A program made the translations under genes and the position numbers. From Patescibacteria group bacterium UBA4787 (lineage in GTDB: Bacteria > Patescibacteriota > Patescibacteriia > UBA2591 > UBA4787), in contig DHGX01000004.1 of the NCBI GenBank assembly GCA_002402995.1, positions 246,019 through 310,018 of the forward strand: a stretch of 64,000 bases of DNA. The letters are read 5' to 3'. The notes under the pieces are model-generated. The model saw only the letters and a list, made by a program, of their open reading frames with translations. It ran no database searches and was not told where the DNA came from. This document shows positions 37,765 to 47,244 of the stretch, piece after piece (positions within the stretch are counted from its first letter, which is position 1; every line of letters begins with the position of its first letter).

Positions 37765-37902
37765 ACCAGGTAGTAGAAATTCGATGCTTCTTAAGGTGCG
37801 ATTATTAAGAATGTACTGGAAGCAAAAAATTAGTTATTTTATTAATGACGAAACCAAGCAGTGGAATGAAGCGAAAAGCACTATCGAATTTTCACTACCT
37901 GG
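37765..37902. repeat. Copy 1 of a roughly 139-bp element with roughly 20-bp terminal inverted repeats (accaggtagtagaaattcgatgc ... gcactatcgaattttcactacctgg), about 70 nt upstream of the recJ start
   Basis: Roughly 85% identical to 46232-46370. The two ends are reverse complements of each other. In this copy the inverted symmetry extends into the flanks (tttggcaaa / tttgccaaa). Confidence 0.7.
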
Positions 37903-38001
37903 CAAATTTGCCAAAAGATATCAACTGGACAAAACGCTTAAAATGTGATAGATTTAATTATATAAAATATAAAGATCTTTAAAAACAAAAGGAGAATAAC
38001 A

Positions 38002-38889
38002 ATGAAACGCCTGATTCTATCGTTGGCTTTAGCGATATCGGCGTTATCATTGATAGCGCCGGTTAGTTTTGCCGAAGACTCCATCTACATCAGCATCAAG
38101 AAAGAGTGCGTTGACGCGGCCAAGAAAGACAGCGCCCTGATTACTAATGTGGGAATCGCCAAAATTGACAGCCTATCTGCCTTACTGGAAAAATTCGACT
38201 TTTCCGCAGTCAACAAGACTATCAGCAAGGAGTGCGCTATTCCCGAATCCCTACTGACCAAACATCCGTACCGAGTAAAATTTACGGCGGATAGTGGTTA
38301 TTGTGGATATGTTCCCTGGTTTGGGGACACCATTCTTTTAAGCGCCGAGGCTATTACTCGAGGGTCTTCTCCATTTGAAGGTCTTCTGATCCACGAGTAC
38401 ATTCACAGTCTAACTCTAATCGACTCCGTCTCTTATGTCTGGCGCAACTTCAAATGGGCCGGCACCATAACCCGTAAAGAGTGGGAAGAAAAAGGATGGT
38501 CATACAGCTTGCCTGGTATCCCGCATCTCTTGAATGAAGGCATCACCGAATGGATAACTGTGCGCGTTTACGAGAAATTATATCGCCAGAAGCTCGATAC
38601 ATGCTGGCTCTATAAAGAACCGGTAATTGCCGTCGAAAAAATCGCCAAAATTGTCGGACCAAAAGTGCTGATGCACACCTATCTTAATGGCGATGCTGAC
38701 TCTCTGCAGGCTGTCTTCAATAAAAAACTTGGTCAAGACGCTTGGCAAAAATACTTAAAACGCCTGGCTGCTTACCGCGGACAGCAGACAATAAAAGACG
38801 CTAAGGAAATCCTCTCCACCACCAAATCTTTTATTGATAAACGGCGCTTGACTCCAAAACCACCAATCAAACCTACTCTCTTTTTCTAA
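38002..38889 (+). CDS. Secreted hypothetical protein with an HExxH zinc-metallopeptidase-like motif
   Basis: 295 aa. Signal peptide MKRLILSLALAISALSLIAPVSFA. LIHEYIHSL (HExxH). SD sequence aaggag 8 nt upstream. No further family assignment is possible. Confidence 0.45.
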   Translation: MKRLILSLALAISALSLIAPVSFAEDSIYISIKKECVDAAKKDSALITNVGIAKIDSLSALLEKFDFSAVNKTISKECAIPESLLTKHPYRVKFTADSGYCGYVPWFGDTILLSAEAITRGSSPFEGLLIHEYIHSLTLIDSVSYVWRNFKWAGTITRKEWEEKGWSYSLPGIPHLLNEGITEWITVRVYEKLYRQKLDTCWLYKEPVIAVEKIAKIVGPKVLMHTYLNGDADSLQAVFNKKLGQDAWQKYLKRLAAYRGQQTIKDAKEILSTTKSFIDKRRLTPKPPIKPTLFF

Positions 38890-38892
38890 AAT

Positions 38893-38922
38893 AAAACCAC
38901 CCATATAACGTGGGTGGTTTTT
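38893..38922. terminator. Bidirectional rho-independent terminator (aaaaccacccatataacgtgggtggttttt), followed by two further small GC hairpins at 38931-38974
   Basis: Perfect 9-bp stem (ccacccacg-like) flanked by A-run and T-run. It lies between convergent genes 38002-38889 (+) and serS (-). Confidence 0.7.
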
Positions 38923-38977
38923 CGTATTCAACCCCGACGTTAAAGAGTCGGGGCTCCGACCAAAGCGTCGGAGAATT

Positions 38978-40291
38978 CTAATTATTATTTTTTGGTTTAA
39001 TTATATCAAAGCCGACATACTTATGCAGAACTTGGGGAATTTTAATCGAGCCGTCAGTCTGTTGATGATATTCCAAAAGTGGAATCAAAATTCTCGGAGA
39101 AGCTAAGGCCGTATTGTTTAAAGCATAAGCGTATTTAATTTCTCCGCGCAGATTGCGATATTTAATATTCAAGCGCCTGGTTTGCCAATCGGTCAAATTG
39201 GAATCTGAATGGGTTTCGCCATAAGCTTGGCGCGACGGCATCCATGTTTCAATGTCATACATTTTGCGCTTGCCCAAACCCATGTCGCCGGTGCAAACCG
39301 CCACAACTCGGTGCGGCAATTCAAGGTCTCTTAAAATTTCTTGGGCTATGCCACGCATTATTTCCAGCCATTGATCAGATTCTTCTACATCAGCTCGGCA
39401 AATAATCACTTGTTCAACTTTCATAAATTCATGCAAACGATAAAGTCCCTGGGTGTCTTTGCCATAACTGCCGATTTCAGAACGGTAACAAGGCGAAAAA
39501 CCGCATAGCTTAATTGGTAAATCTTTTTCGTCGTATATTTTATCGGCGTTATAAGCGAGTAGAGATGGTTCGGCCGTGCCGACCAAAAATAAAGATTCGG
39601 CCGTTGAACCGTCGGTTAATTTACCTGGGTTGCCAATTTGATAGATTTCCTCTTTGCCTAATGGAAAATGGCCGCTGCCGATTAAAGCAAACTCTTTAAC
39701 CAAAGTAGGGACAATCATCGGCGTGAATCCCTTATCAATCAGTTTTTGCAAAGCATAAAGCATCAAACCTAATTGTAAAATTGCGGCTTCATTTTTCAAA
39801 TAATAGCCGCGATATCCGGAAACATTGGCGCCCGTTTCTGTATCAACAAGATCCAGCGATTTGCCCAATTCAATATGGCTTTTAACGGGAAAATCGAATT
39901 TAACCGGCTCTCCCCATGTTTCAACCACTACATTATCTTCGGCAGTCTTTCCGCGCGGCGTGTCGTCAGAAGGAATATTTGGAGAAATCAAGATTAAATT
40001 TTCGTATCCTTCGTTGATGGGACGATATTTTTCTTCTAATTCGTTTGTTTTTTCTTTGAGCTTTTTTCCTTTTTCAATTAATTTTTCTCTTTCCGCAGAC
40101 GACAATTCTTTAGATTTCATTTTTTCCGCGGTTTCGTTTCTTTGATGCCTCAATTCTTCAATCTCTTGTAAAAGTTTTAAACGTTTTTCATCTAAACTCA
40201 ATAATTGATCAACGTCAAAATCAACGTCTTTTAATTTAGTCGATTCCCTCACTAATTCTTTATTTTCTCTGATAAATTTGATGTCTAACAT
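38978..40291 (-). CDS. serS: Serine--tRNA ligase
   Basis: 437 aa. N-terminal coiled-coil tRNA-binding arm (MLDIKFIRENKELV...). Class II motifs (FRSE-like CYRSE; GSG..LG..R). Confidence 0.9.
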   Translation of the reverse strand: MLDIKFIRENKELVRESTKLKDVDFDVDQLLSLDEKRLKLLQEIEELRHQRNETAEKMKSKELSSAEREKLIEKGKKLKEKTNELEEKYRPINEGYENLILISPNIPSDDTPRGKTAEDNVVVETWGEPVKFDFPVKSHIELGKSLDLVDTETGANVSGYRGYYLKNEAAILQLGLMLYALQKLIDKGFTPMIVPTLVKEFALIGSGHFPLGKEEIYQIGNPGKLTDGSTAESLFLVGTAEPSLLAYNADKIYDEKDLPIKLCGFSPCYRSEIGSYGKDTQGLYRLHEFMKVEQVIICRADVEESDQWLEIMRGIAQEILRDLELPHRVVAVCTGDMGLGKRKMYDIETWMPSRQAYGETHSDSNLTDWQTRRLNIKYRNLRGEIKYAYALNNTALASPRILIPLLEYHQQTDGSIKIPQVLHKYVGFDIIKPKNNN

Positions 40292-40306
40292 AAAATTAGA
40301 ATTTAG

Positions 40307-40369
40307 TCCGCCAGCTGGCGGATAGAATTTAGAATTTAGAAATTGACTTTTGTCCGCCAGATGGCGAAT
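40307..40369. repeat. Two copies of a GC-rich palindrome TCCGCCAG(C/A)TGGCGGA, 45 bp apart, in the serS-lysS intergenic region
   Basis: tccgccagctggcgga at 40308-40323 is a perfect 16-bp palindrome. gtccgccagatggcgaat at 40352-40369 is a near-copy. They sit within AT-rich sequence about 20-60 nt upstream of the serS start. Confidence 0.6.
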
Positions 40370-40412
40370 AGAATAATTAGGTTAATTTATTTTGACTTCT
40401 ACTTACTATTTT

Positions 40413-41918
40413 CTATTTACTATTTTCTGTTTTTGGTCTCATAGTCGGGAACAAAATGCCTTCTTTGATATTGTGAATATTGGTAAAAAGCATTAACAAG
40501 CGATCAATACCGATTCCTTCGCCGGCTGTTGGCGGCATGCCGTATTTTAAAGCTTCCACAAAATCATTATCAGCTGACTGGGCTTCTTCATCCCCTTTCG
40601 CCAATAACTCTTGCTGTTCTTTAAAGCGGTTTTCTTGGTCTAGCGGATCATTTAACTCCGAATAGGCGTTGCAAAATTCCGCGCCGGCTATCACCAACTG
40701 AAATCTTTCAACGTATTTAGGATTATTTTCTATTTTTTTAGCCAAAGGAGAAAGTTCTATGGGATGATTAATAATAAATACCGGATTAATTAATTTCGGC
40801 CTAACCAATTCTTTATATATCTCATCAATTAATTTTCCCTTGCCCCATTTTTTCTCTATTTTTAAACCCATATCTATTGCTTTCTCGGCCAAATCGGTTG
40901 CTTCGGGATAATCTACTATGTCAATGTTAGCGTGTTCAATTAAAGCTTGCCGATAATCTAATTTAGGAAACGGTGTTTTAAATGAAAGACGATGGTTGCC
41001 GTAGATCAGTTCCTCGCCGCCGGTTAATTCTTGAACCAAGAAAGACATTAATTCTTCGGTTAATCTCATTAAATCACGATAATCAGCATAGGCTTGATAA
41101 AATTCTATTTGGGTAAATTCCGGGTTATGCGCCCAGTCAATCCCTTCGTTGCGAAAACATTTTGCCACTTCGTAAACTTTTTCAAAACCTCCGACAATTA
41201 GTCTTTTTAAATACAATTCCGGCGCGATTCTTAAATACATATCAATATCCAAAGCATTGTGATGTGTGGTAAAAGGTTTGGCCGCGGCGCCACCGGCCAT
41301 AGGCTGTAAAATCGGCGTTTCCACTTCAAGATAATCGCGTTCATCAAAAAAACGCCTGATTAATTTGATCAAGCGGCTGCGGGTAATAAAAACATTTTTA
41401 ACTTCGGGATTGGCCAATAAATCCAAATATCTTTTCCTGGACTTAAGCTCCGGATCAGACAAGCCATGCCATTTTTCCGGCAAAGGCAACAACGTCTTGG
41501 ATAAAAGTTTTAATTTTTCAACAACCAAAGTTTTTTCATTGGTTTTTGTCAAAAACAAGGTGCCTTCAATTTCAATAAAATCTCCGACATCAATATTGTC
41601 AACAAAAAAAGTATAAGTTTCCGCGCCAATGATATCGTGTTTTAAATAAATTTGCATCCGTCCGGTGCCGTCTTCCAAATCGGCGAAGCTCGCCTTGCCA
41701 TGACCGCGCATCAATCTTAAGCGTCCGACCAAAGAAATTTTGTCTCCTTTTTTTAAAAGACTATCAAAATCTTCACACACCTCATTTATGGTATGTGTTC
41801 GACGGCAAGTTGAAATATAAGGATTGATTCCTTTTTCTTTGATATTATTTAATTTTTCTAAACGGCTTTGTTCTTCGGACATGGTTATCATTATATATCT
41901 TAACAATTCACAAGTCAA
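40413..41918 (-). CDS. lysS: Lysine--tRNA ligase (class II)
   Basis: 501 aa. N-terminal OB anticodon-binding domain. Class II motifs 1-3 (..FRNEG..; GGAAAKPF; GIGIDRLLML). The true start may be the internal Met (MSEEQSRL). Confidence 0.9.
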   Translation of the reverse strand: MTCELLRYIMITMSEEQSRLEKLNNIKEKGINPYISTCRRTHTINEVCEDFDSLLKKGDKISLVGRLRLMRGHGKASFADLEDGTGRMQIYLKHDIIGAETYTFFVDNIDVGDFIEIEGTLFLTKTNEKTLVVEKLKLLSKTLLPLPEKWHGLSDPELKSRKRYLDLLANPEVKNVFITRSRLIKLIRRFFDERDYLEVETPILQPMAGGAAAKPFTTHHNALDIDMYLRIAPELYLKRLIVGGFEKVYEVAKCFRNEGIDWAHNPEFTQIEFYQAYADYRDLMRLTEELMSFLVQELTGGEELIYGNHRLSFKTPFPKLDYRQALIEHANIDIVDYPEATDLAEKAIDMGLKIEKKWGKGKLIDEIYKELVRPKLINPVFIINHPIELSPLAKKIENNPKYVERFQLVIAGAEFCNAYSELNDPLDQENRFKEQQELLAKGDEEAQSADNDFVEALKYGMPPTAGEGIGIDRLLMLFTNIHNIKEGILFPTMRPKTENSK

Positions 41919-41983
41919 AATATTTAACTAAATCAGAAAAGGGACTAAATCCCTTTTCTTGTAGCCACGTCTCTATTCCAGGA

Positions 41984-42442
41984 CTATCCTATAGTTTCTA
42001 ACAGCTTGCAATTTATTTTCCCGCGGGGGCCGTCGTAAGAAAAACATTCTCCGGGAGCGCGATTAAGCAACGCTTGGCCCAGCGGCGACTCGCAAGAAAT
42101 CTTGCCGTTTAAGGGATCGGCTTCCGCTGAACCAATAATACTATATGTCTGTTCTCTGCCCTGAATATCTACTTTAACCCTTGAACCAATCATTACCTGA
42201 TTGGGCGAATCTTTTTTCTCAATTATTTTAACGTTTTTTAAAATTGTGTCTAAACGCCTAATTTCCGCTTCAAGCAATCCTTGGGCGTCTTTGGCTTCAT
42301 GATAAGCGGCGTTCTCGGAAAGATCGCCAAATTCTTTCGCTTCTTTGATTCTTAGGGCAATTTCTTTTCTTCGAATAGTCTTCATTTCGTCTAATTTTGT
42401 TTTTAACCTATTGTAACCTTCAATGGTTAGAAAGTGAGGCAT
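41984..42442 (-). CDS. greA: Transcription elongation factor GreA
   Basis: 152 aa. N-terminal coiled coil (TIEGYNRLKTKLDEM...GDLSENAAYHEAKD) and a C-terminal FKBP-like domain. Confidence 0.85.
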   Translation of the reverse strand: MPHFLTIEGYNRLKTKLDEMKTIRRKEIALRIKEAKEFGDLSENAAYHEAKDAQGLLEAEIRRLDTILKNVKIIEKKDSPNQVMIGSRVKVDIQGREQTYSIIGSAEADPLNGKISCESPLGQALLNRAPGECFSYDGPRGKINCKLLETIG

Positions 42443-42560
42443 AATGAGTTAGAATTTATCCCGATTTCTTTCAAATCTTCTGATTTGATAAAGAAATCGA
42501 GTATCTCGACCGAAACGTCGGGAGAGTTTAGAAAATATAAAGTAGAAAATAGAAGTTAAA

Positions 42561-42633
42561 TCCGCCAGATGACTCGCCTCGCTGACCCGCTACGCCAATG
42601 CGTTAGCGTGGCGAGAGCTCCGGCGAAGCGGGC
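42561..42633. repeat. GC-rich imperfect palindromic element (ccgccagatgactcgcctcgctgacccgctacgccaatgcgttagcgtggcgag...ccggcgaagcgggcg)
   Basis: Contains cccgctacgccaatgc, the reverse complement of gcgttggcgtagcggg at 33481-33496. It shares the CCGCCAG(A/C)TG core with 40307-40369 and 33459-33503. Confidence 0.5.
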
Positions 42634-42668
42634 GAACTAGATTCTATGTTCCAAATTCTATATTCTGT

Positions 42669-43181
42669 TTAGATTATATTTTGCAGTTGTTTGAAAGCGA
42701 TTGGCAGTAAGGGGGCTAAAATTTTAGCTACAGCGATAAAAAACTTTGCTACCGAAGAATTATTAATCATTTGCGCTAAAGCGCCAATAGGAAATTTCAA
42801 AATAAAAGTTAAAAGCATACCCAAAAGTAAAGAACCTTCTAAAAAACCTAGGACCGAGCCGACGATGCGATTAATTGTTTTTAAAAATGGAATAAAAGTC
42901 AAAATCTTGAAAACCTTATCCAGCATCATAAAAACCATATTGCTCAATTTCCAAACAATCGCTAAAATCACCAAAAATGAAACAATGCGACAGATATTCA
43001 GATTATTCCCAAAAAGAAATCCAATTCTTTCGGCCAGTATTTCGTACCACCGCGAAGCTAAAATTACCCCAGCGAAAACACCCACTAAACCACCGACCTT
43101 ATAAATCAGACCAAACCACCATCCTGTAAAAGTGAAGGCGAAAACCAATAAAATTAAAATTAAATCAATAAAAGACATCAT
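42669..43181 (-). CDS. cvpA: CvpA family membrane protein
   Basis: 170 aa. 4 TM helices, with N-terminal MMSFIDLILILLVFAFTFTGWWFGLIYKVGGLVGVFAGV typical of CvpA. Confidence 0.7.
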   Translation of the reverse strand: MMSFIDLILILLVFAFTFTGWWFGLIYKVGGLVGVFAGVILASRWYEILAERIGFLFGNNLNICRIVSFLVILAIVWKLSNMVFMMLDKVFKILTFIPFLKTINRIVGSVLGFLEGSLLLGMLLTFILKFPIGALAQMINNSSVAKFFIAVAKILAPLLPIAFKQLQNII

Positions 43182-43347
43182 AGAATTAGAAAATAGAAAT
43201 TAGAAATTAAAATTACGAATCACGAAACATATAGCGTAAAACATGAAGCGTGTAGCATGAAGCTCTGGGCTCTCCGCCCAAGGCGGATCCGCCTCTGGCG
43301 GACAAGTCCCTTCCAGTCTCCGAGATTCAAGATTATATTAACATTTT

Positions 43348-44904
43348 TTAAACTCGTGGGAAGAGCGCCGGCAAAGATTGCGGTTTTTTTATTTCTGAAG
43401 ACTCAAAAATACTTGCTTCGCTCCGTAAAATTGGGGCGCTCGGAGTCAAATCAAAAGAAGACTTTTGTTTGACATCCTCGCTACCAATTATAGCCATATT
43501 ATCCGCCTTTTCGCGCAGATTTAAACCTAAAGATTTTAAAATTGAGTCGCATTTTTCCGGCATAAAAGGATAAACCATTAAAGCCGCATTTTTAATAGCA
43601 AGAAGTAGTTGATAAATAGTGTAATTAAAACTTTCTCCTTTTAGCGCCCATGGCTTGGTAGTTTCTATATTTTTATTGATGTAATTTAATAAATTAACCC
43701 AGATATTTACCGCGTCTTCCAATGCTAGCGCTTTCATCGCCCTATGATAATCCTGCCACGATTTATCAATGAATTCTTTAAATATTTCCGCGGGCGTAAA
43801 ATCGAATTTTTCGACTCGCTCCGCCAAGCGAAAAACCCTTGATATAAGATTGCCGAAATTGTTAGCCAGATCGCTGTTATAGCGATCGTATAATTTATTT
43901 TTTGAGATATCCCCATCTTGGCCGAAAGGACAAGCGCTGACAATTAGATAGCGCGACGCGTCCGCGCCGAAAAGATTAATTAATTCTATTGGATCAATGA
44001 CATTGCCCAAAGATTTGCTCATCTTCTGCCCTTCAAAAGTAAAATAACCGTGGGCAAATATTTTTTTAGGAAGTGGCATATCTAAGGCCAAAAGCATAGC
44101 CGGCCAAATTGTCGCATGAACTCTTAATATGTCTTTAGCCATCAATTGAACATCGGCTGGCCAAAATTTGGATATTTCTTTATCGCCCTGCCAACCCAAA
44201 CCTGTCAAATAATTCAAGAAGGCGTCTATCCAGACATAGATTGTTTGTTCCTCGTCTAGTGGGAACTTAATCCCCCACTTTACTTTTTTGCGCGTAATAG
44301 AAATATCTTCCAACTTTTCTGTTTTTAGAAATCCTAATATCTCATTTCTCCTTTCCAACGGATCGATAATTAATTCATTACTGTCAATCAATTTTAGTAA
44401 AATATCCTGAAACGCCGACAACTTGAAAAAATAACAATCTTCTTGAAGCAAAATTGGTTCTTTTTGATGATCCGAGCACTTGCCATCCACCAATTCTTTG
44501 GTCGTTTTATATTGTTCGCAGCCTACGCAATAAAGGCCTTCGTATTTCCCGACGTAAATCAAATCTTTGGAATTCAAAGTTATCACGGCCTTTTTAACCG
44601 CTTCTTCATGAACCGGATCGGTGGTGCGAATAAAATTGTCGTAAGATATGTTCAATGATTCCCAAAGTTTAATAAAAGCATCGGCGTTTTCGTCGCAAAA
44701 AGCTTGCGGCGTTTGGCCGGCTTTTTCCGCGTTTTGGAGAATCTTTAAGCCGTGTTCATCGGTGCCGGTCAAAAAAAATACATCCTCGCCTTTTAAGCGA
44801 TGATAGCGCGCTAGAACATCAGCCGCGATCGTAGTATAAGCATGACCGACGTGCGGTTTGTCGTTAACGTAATAAATTGGAGTGGTGATACAAAATTTTG
44901 ACAT
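43348..44904 (-). CDS. metG: Methionine--tRNA ligase
   Basis: HIGH motif (PHVGHAYTTI), KMSKS (KMSKSLGNVIDP), zinc-knuckle CVGCEQ...C. The annotated ORF begins at a TTG at 44925. The ATG at 44904 (MSKFCITTPIYYVN) matches the canonical MetRS N-terminus. Confidence 0.9.
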   Translation of the reverse strand: MSKFCITTPIYYVNDKPHVGHAYTTIAADVLARYHRLKGEDVFFLTGTDEHGLKILQNAEKAGQTPQAFCDENADAFIKLWESLNISYDNFIRTTDPVHEEAVKKAVITLNSKDLIYVGKYEGLYCVGCEQYKTTKELVDGKCSDHQKEPILLQEDCYFFKLSAFQDILLKLIDSNELIIDPLERRNEILGFLKTEKLEDISITRKKVKWGIKFPLDEEQTIYVWIDAFLNYLTGLGWQGDKEISKFWPADVQLMAKDILRVHATIWPAMLLALDMPLPKKIFAHGYFTFEGQKMSKSLGNVIDPIELINLFGADASRYLIVSACPFGQDGDISKNKLYDRYNSDLANNFGNLISRVFRLAERVEKFDFTPAEIFKEFIDKSWQDYHRAMKALALEDAVNIWVNLLNYINKNIETTKPWALKGESFNYTIYQLLLAIKNAALMVYPFMPEKCDSILKSLGLNLREKADNMAIIGSEDVKQKSSFDLTPSAPILRSEASIFESSEIKKPQSLPALFPRV

Positions 44905-44905
44905 T

Positions 44906-46231
44906 TTATGAATTGAATTTATCAATGAAATATGATGTTAGTTCGCTGATGGTTATTCTTTCTTGTTTCATGCTGTCGCGTTCGCGAACCGTTACTTTTT
45001 TGTCATCAAGAGAGTCAAAATCAACAGTTGTGCAATAAGGTGTGCCGATTTCATCTTGGCGGCGATAACGTTTGCCGATAGATTGTGTTTCGTCGTAATT
45101 AACCGTGAAATGTTTTCTTAATTCATCGGCAATCGATTTGCTTATTCCTTCTAACTCAGGTTTTTTGGAAAGCGGCAAAACCGCAATTTTAATCGGCGCT
45201 AAATACTTAGGCAATCTTAAAACTACTCTCTTCTCTGTTTCGCCCTTCTCGGCGGTTGGCGCGTCTTCTTCGTCATAGTGTTCAACTAAAACCGCCAAAA
45301 CCGACCGGTCAACGCCGAAAGTCGGTTCAATCACGTGCGGAATAAATTTTTCGTTAGTTGTGGGATCGGTATAATTCATATCTTCTTTGGAAAATTCCTG
45401 ATGATTTTTCAAATCAAAATCAGCGCGGTAAGCAATGCCGTATAATTCTTTGGTGCCGAAAGGAAAATCATAATCAATATCAATGGTGCGTTTGGAATAA
45501 TGAGCGCGTTCTCCGTCGGGAATTTCGCGAAAATGAATATGCTCTGATTTTAAACCTAAAAATTTCATCCAGTTTTTCATTTGTTCCAACCAATAATCAA
45601 ATTGCTCTTCCCAACCGCCCTTAGCCGACGGACTAATAAAATATTCTATTTCCATTTGTTCAAATTCGCGGGTTCGAAAAATATAATTTCCCGGGGTAAT
45701 TTCGTTACGAAAAGCCTTGCCGATTTGAGCAATACCAACAGGGATTCTCTGGCGAGTGGCGTTTAAAACCGATTTAAAATCAACAAACATAGCTTGCGCG
45801 GTTTCCGGACGAAAATATACTACGCTCGCCTCGTCTTCCACCGGACCGAGGTGTGTTTTTAACATCATATTAAACATTTTGGCTTCGGTTAAAGTTCCAC
45901 CGCACTCTTTAGCGTGATTCTCGGAAATTTGATCAACGCGAAAACGGGTGTGGCATTTTTTACATTCCACTAACGGATCGGTAAAATTTTTCAAATGGCC
46001 GCTCGCCTCCCAAACTTTGGGGTTCATAATTAAGGCCGCGTCAATGCCAACCATGTCGCCGCGCTGTTGCACAAACATGCGCCACCAAGCCTGTTTAATG
46101 TTATTCTTGAGTTCCACGCCCAACGGCCCATAATCCCAGGAATTGGCTAAACCGCCATAAATTTCGCTGCCGGGGAAGATAAAACCTCGGCGTTTGGCTA
46201 AAGAAATTAATTGTTCTATATCTTTTAACAT
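44906..46231 (-). CDS. glyS: Glycine--tRNA ligase (dimeric alpha2, eukaryote/archaeal-like type)
   Basis: LISLAKRRGFIFPGSEIYGGLANSWDYGPLGVELKNNIK and class II motifs. The ORF track extends the N-terminus with a TTG at 46294 through the repeat element. The first ATG, at 46231, lies directly at the element boundary and is taken as the start. Confidence 0.85.
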   Translation of the reverse strand: MLKDIEQLISLAKRRGFIFPGSEIYGGLANSWDYGPLGVELKNNIKQAWWRMFVQQRGDMVGIDAALIMNPKVWEASGHLKNFTDPLVECKKCHTRFRVDQISENHAKECGGTLTEAKMFNMMLKTHLGPVEDEASVVYFRPETAQAMFVDFKSVLNATRQRIPVGIAQIGKAFRNEITPGNYIFRTREFEQMEIEYFISPSAKGGWEEQFDYWLEQMKNWMKFLGLKSEHIHFREIPDGERAHYSKRTIDIDYDFPFGTKELYGIAYRADFDLKNHQEFSKEDMNYTDPTTNEKFIPHVIEPTFGVDRSVLAVLVEHYDEEDAPTAEKGETEKRVVLRLPKYLAPIKIAVLPLSKKPELEGISKSIADELRKHFTVNYDETQSIGKRYRRQDEIGTPYCTTVDFDSLDDKKVTVRERDSMKQERITISELTSYFIDKFNS

Positions 46232-46370
46232 ACCAGGTAGTAGAAATTCGATGCTTCTTGGGGTGCGATTATTTAAAGAATGCACCAGAAACAAAAATTA
46301 GTTATTTTATTAATAATGAGACCAAATAGTAAATCGAAGCGGAAAGCACTATCGAATTTTCACTACCTGG
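46232..46370. repeat. Copy 2 of the roughly 139-bp terminal-inverted-repeat element, abutting the glyS start codon and downstream of the fpg stop
   Basis: accaggtagtagaaattcgatgcttcttgggg...gcactatcgaattttcactacctgg. It aligns end to end with 37765-37902. The differences are mostly transitions plus two small indels. Confidence 0.7.
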
Positions 46371-46407
46371 CATAATGAAAATATTTTAACAAAAGCCGAC
46401 AAAATGT

Positions 46408-47244
46408 CTATCGCTGACAAGACGGACAATAACTGGTGCCGCGCTCGGCCAATGTTATTTTCTTAACCATGCCGCCGCACCTAAAACACTTTTTGCCTTC
46501 TCGGCCATAGACTCTTAATCTTGGCACGTAATCACCCTCTTTCCCTTGGGCGTCTAAATATGTATCGGATGATGTGCCCCGATATTTAATTGAATTTTTT
46601 AAAATTTGTTTAAGACACTTATAAATATTTTTAATATCCCTATCTGCCAAAGTTTTAATCAAGCGGGTGGGCAATATCTTGGCGCAAAAACAAATCTCCT
46701 GGCTATAAATATTACCAATACCCGAAATAAAAGTCTGGTCTATTAAAAGGGGTTTTATCTTTTGATTCGGTTTATGTTTTAGTAATTCAATAAATTTTTT
46801 GAGAGTGAAGTCTTTTTCTAAAGGTTCCGGGCCAAAATTTTGGCCAGCAAAATATTCATCTAATTCGTTGGTTTTTATCGGCCTGACATAACCGAACTGG
46901 CGAATATCGTTATGAATAAGGCAGCTGTTATCATCAAAGTAATAAATCAGATGTGTATGTTTATCAATTTTCTGATTAATGTCGCGGGGCGGTATAAAAA
47001 TGATTTGGCCGGTTAACTTAAAATGGATTACTAAACTATAATTATTGTTTAAGCTAATAATTAAAACCTTGCCCCGCCGACTGACTTTTTTTATCGTAGT
47101 CCCTTGAAATAGGCTCTTAAATTTTATCGGAGCCATTAATTGGACAATTTTAGGCAATCTGATTTCAATCTTTTTTATTTTTTTGCCAACGATAAAATTG
47201 TTTAATTGTCTTTTTATTGTTTCTACTTCTGGTAATTCTGGCAT
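46408..47244 (-). CDS. mutM: Formamidopyrimidine-DNA glycosylase (Fpg/MutM)
   Basis: The N-terminal MPELPEVETI gives the catalytic Pro2 and Glu3. H2TH domain. C-terminal zinc finger CFRCGGMVKKITLAERGTSYCPSCQ. The ORF track extends 9 codons upstream to 47271. Confidence 0.85.
   Translation of the reverse strand: MPELPEVETIKRQLNNFIVGKKIKKIEIRLPKIVQLMAPIKFKSLFQGTTIKKVSRRGKVLIISLNNNYSLVIHFKLTGQIIFIPPRDINQKIDKHTHLIYYFDDNSCLIHNDIRQFGYVRPIKTNELDEYFAGQNFGPEPLEKDFTLKKFIELLKHKPNQKIKPLLIDQTFISGIGNIYSQEICFCAKILPTRLIKTLADRDIKNIYKCLKQILKNSIKYRGTSSDTYLDAQGKEGDYVPRLRVYGREGKKCFRCGGMVKKITLAERGTSYCPSCQR

Noticed and set aside
44906-46294. ORF-track N-terminal extensions: glyS from a TTG at 46294, metG from a TTG at 44925, fpg from 47271, and the LCP gene from 59570.
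   Set aside because: The extensions use non-ATG starts or read through repeat elements, and they add non-conserved residues. Canonical N-termini (MSKFCITTPIYY, MPELPEVE, GlyRS core) begin at internal ATGs. The coordinates were trimmed accordingly.
46232-46370. Considered whether the structured element upstream of glyS is a T-box riboswitch, as glycyl-tRNA synthetase genes are classic T-box targets.
   Set aside because: There is no T-box consensus (AGGGUGGNACCGCG) and no specifier-loop architecture. A near-identical copy sits upstream of recJ, which is not an aminoacylation gene.
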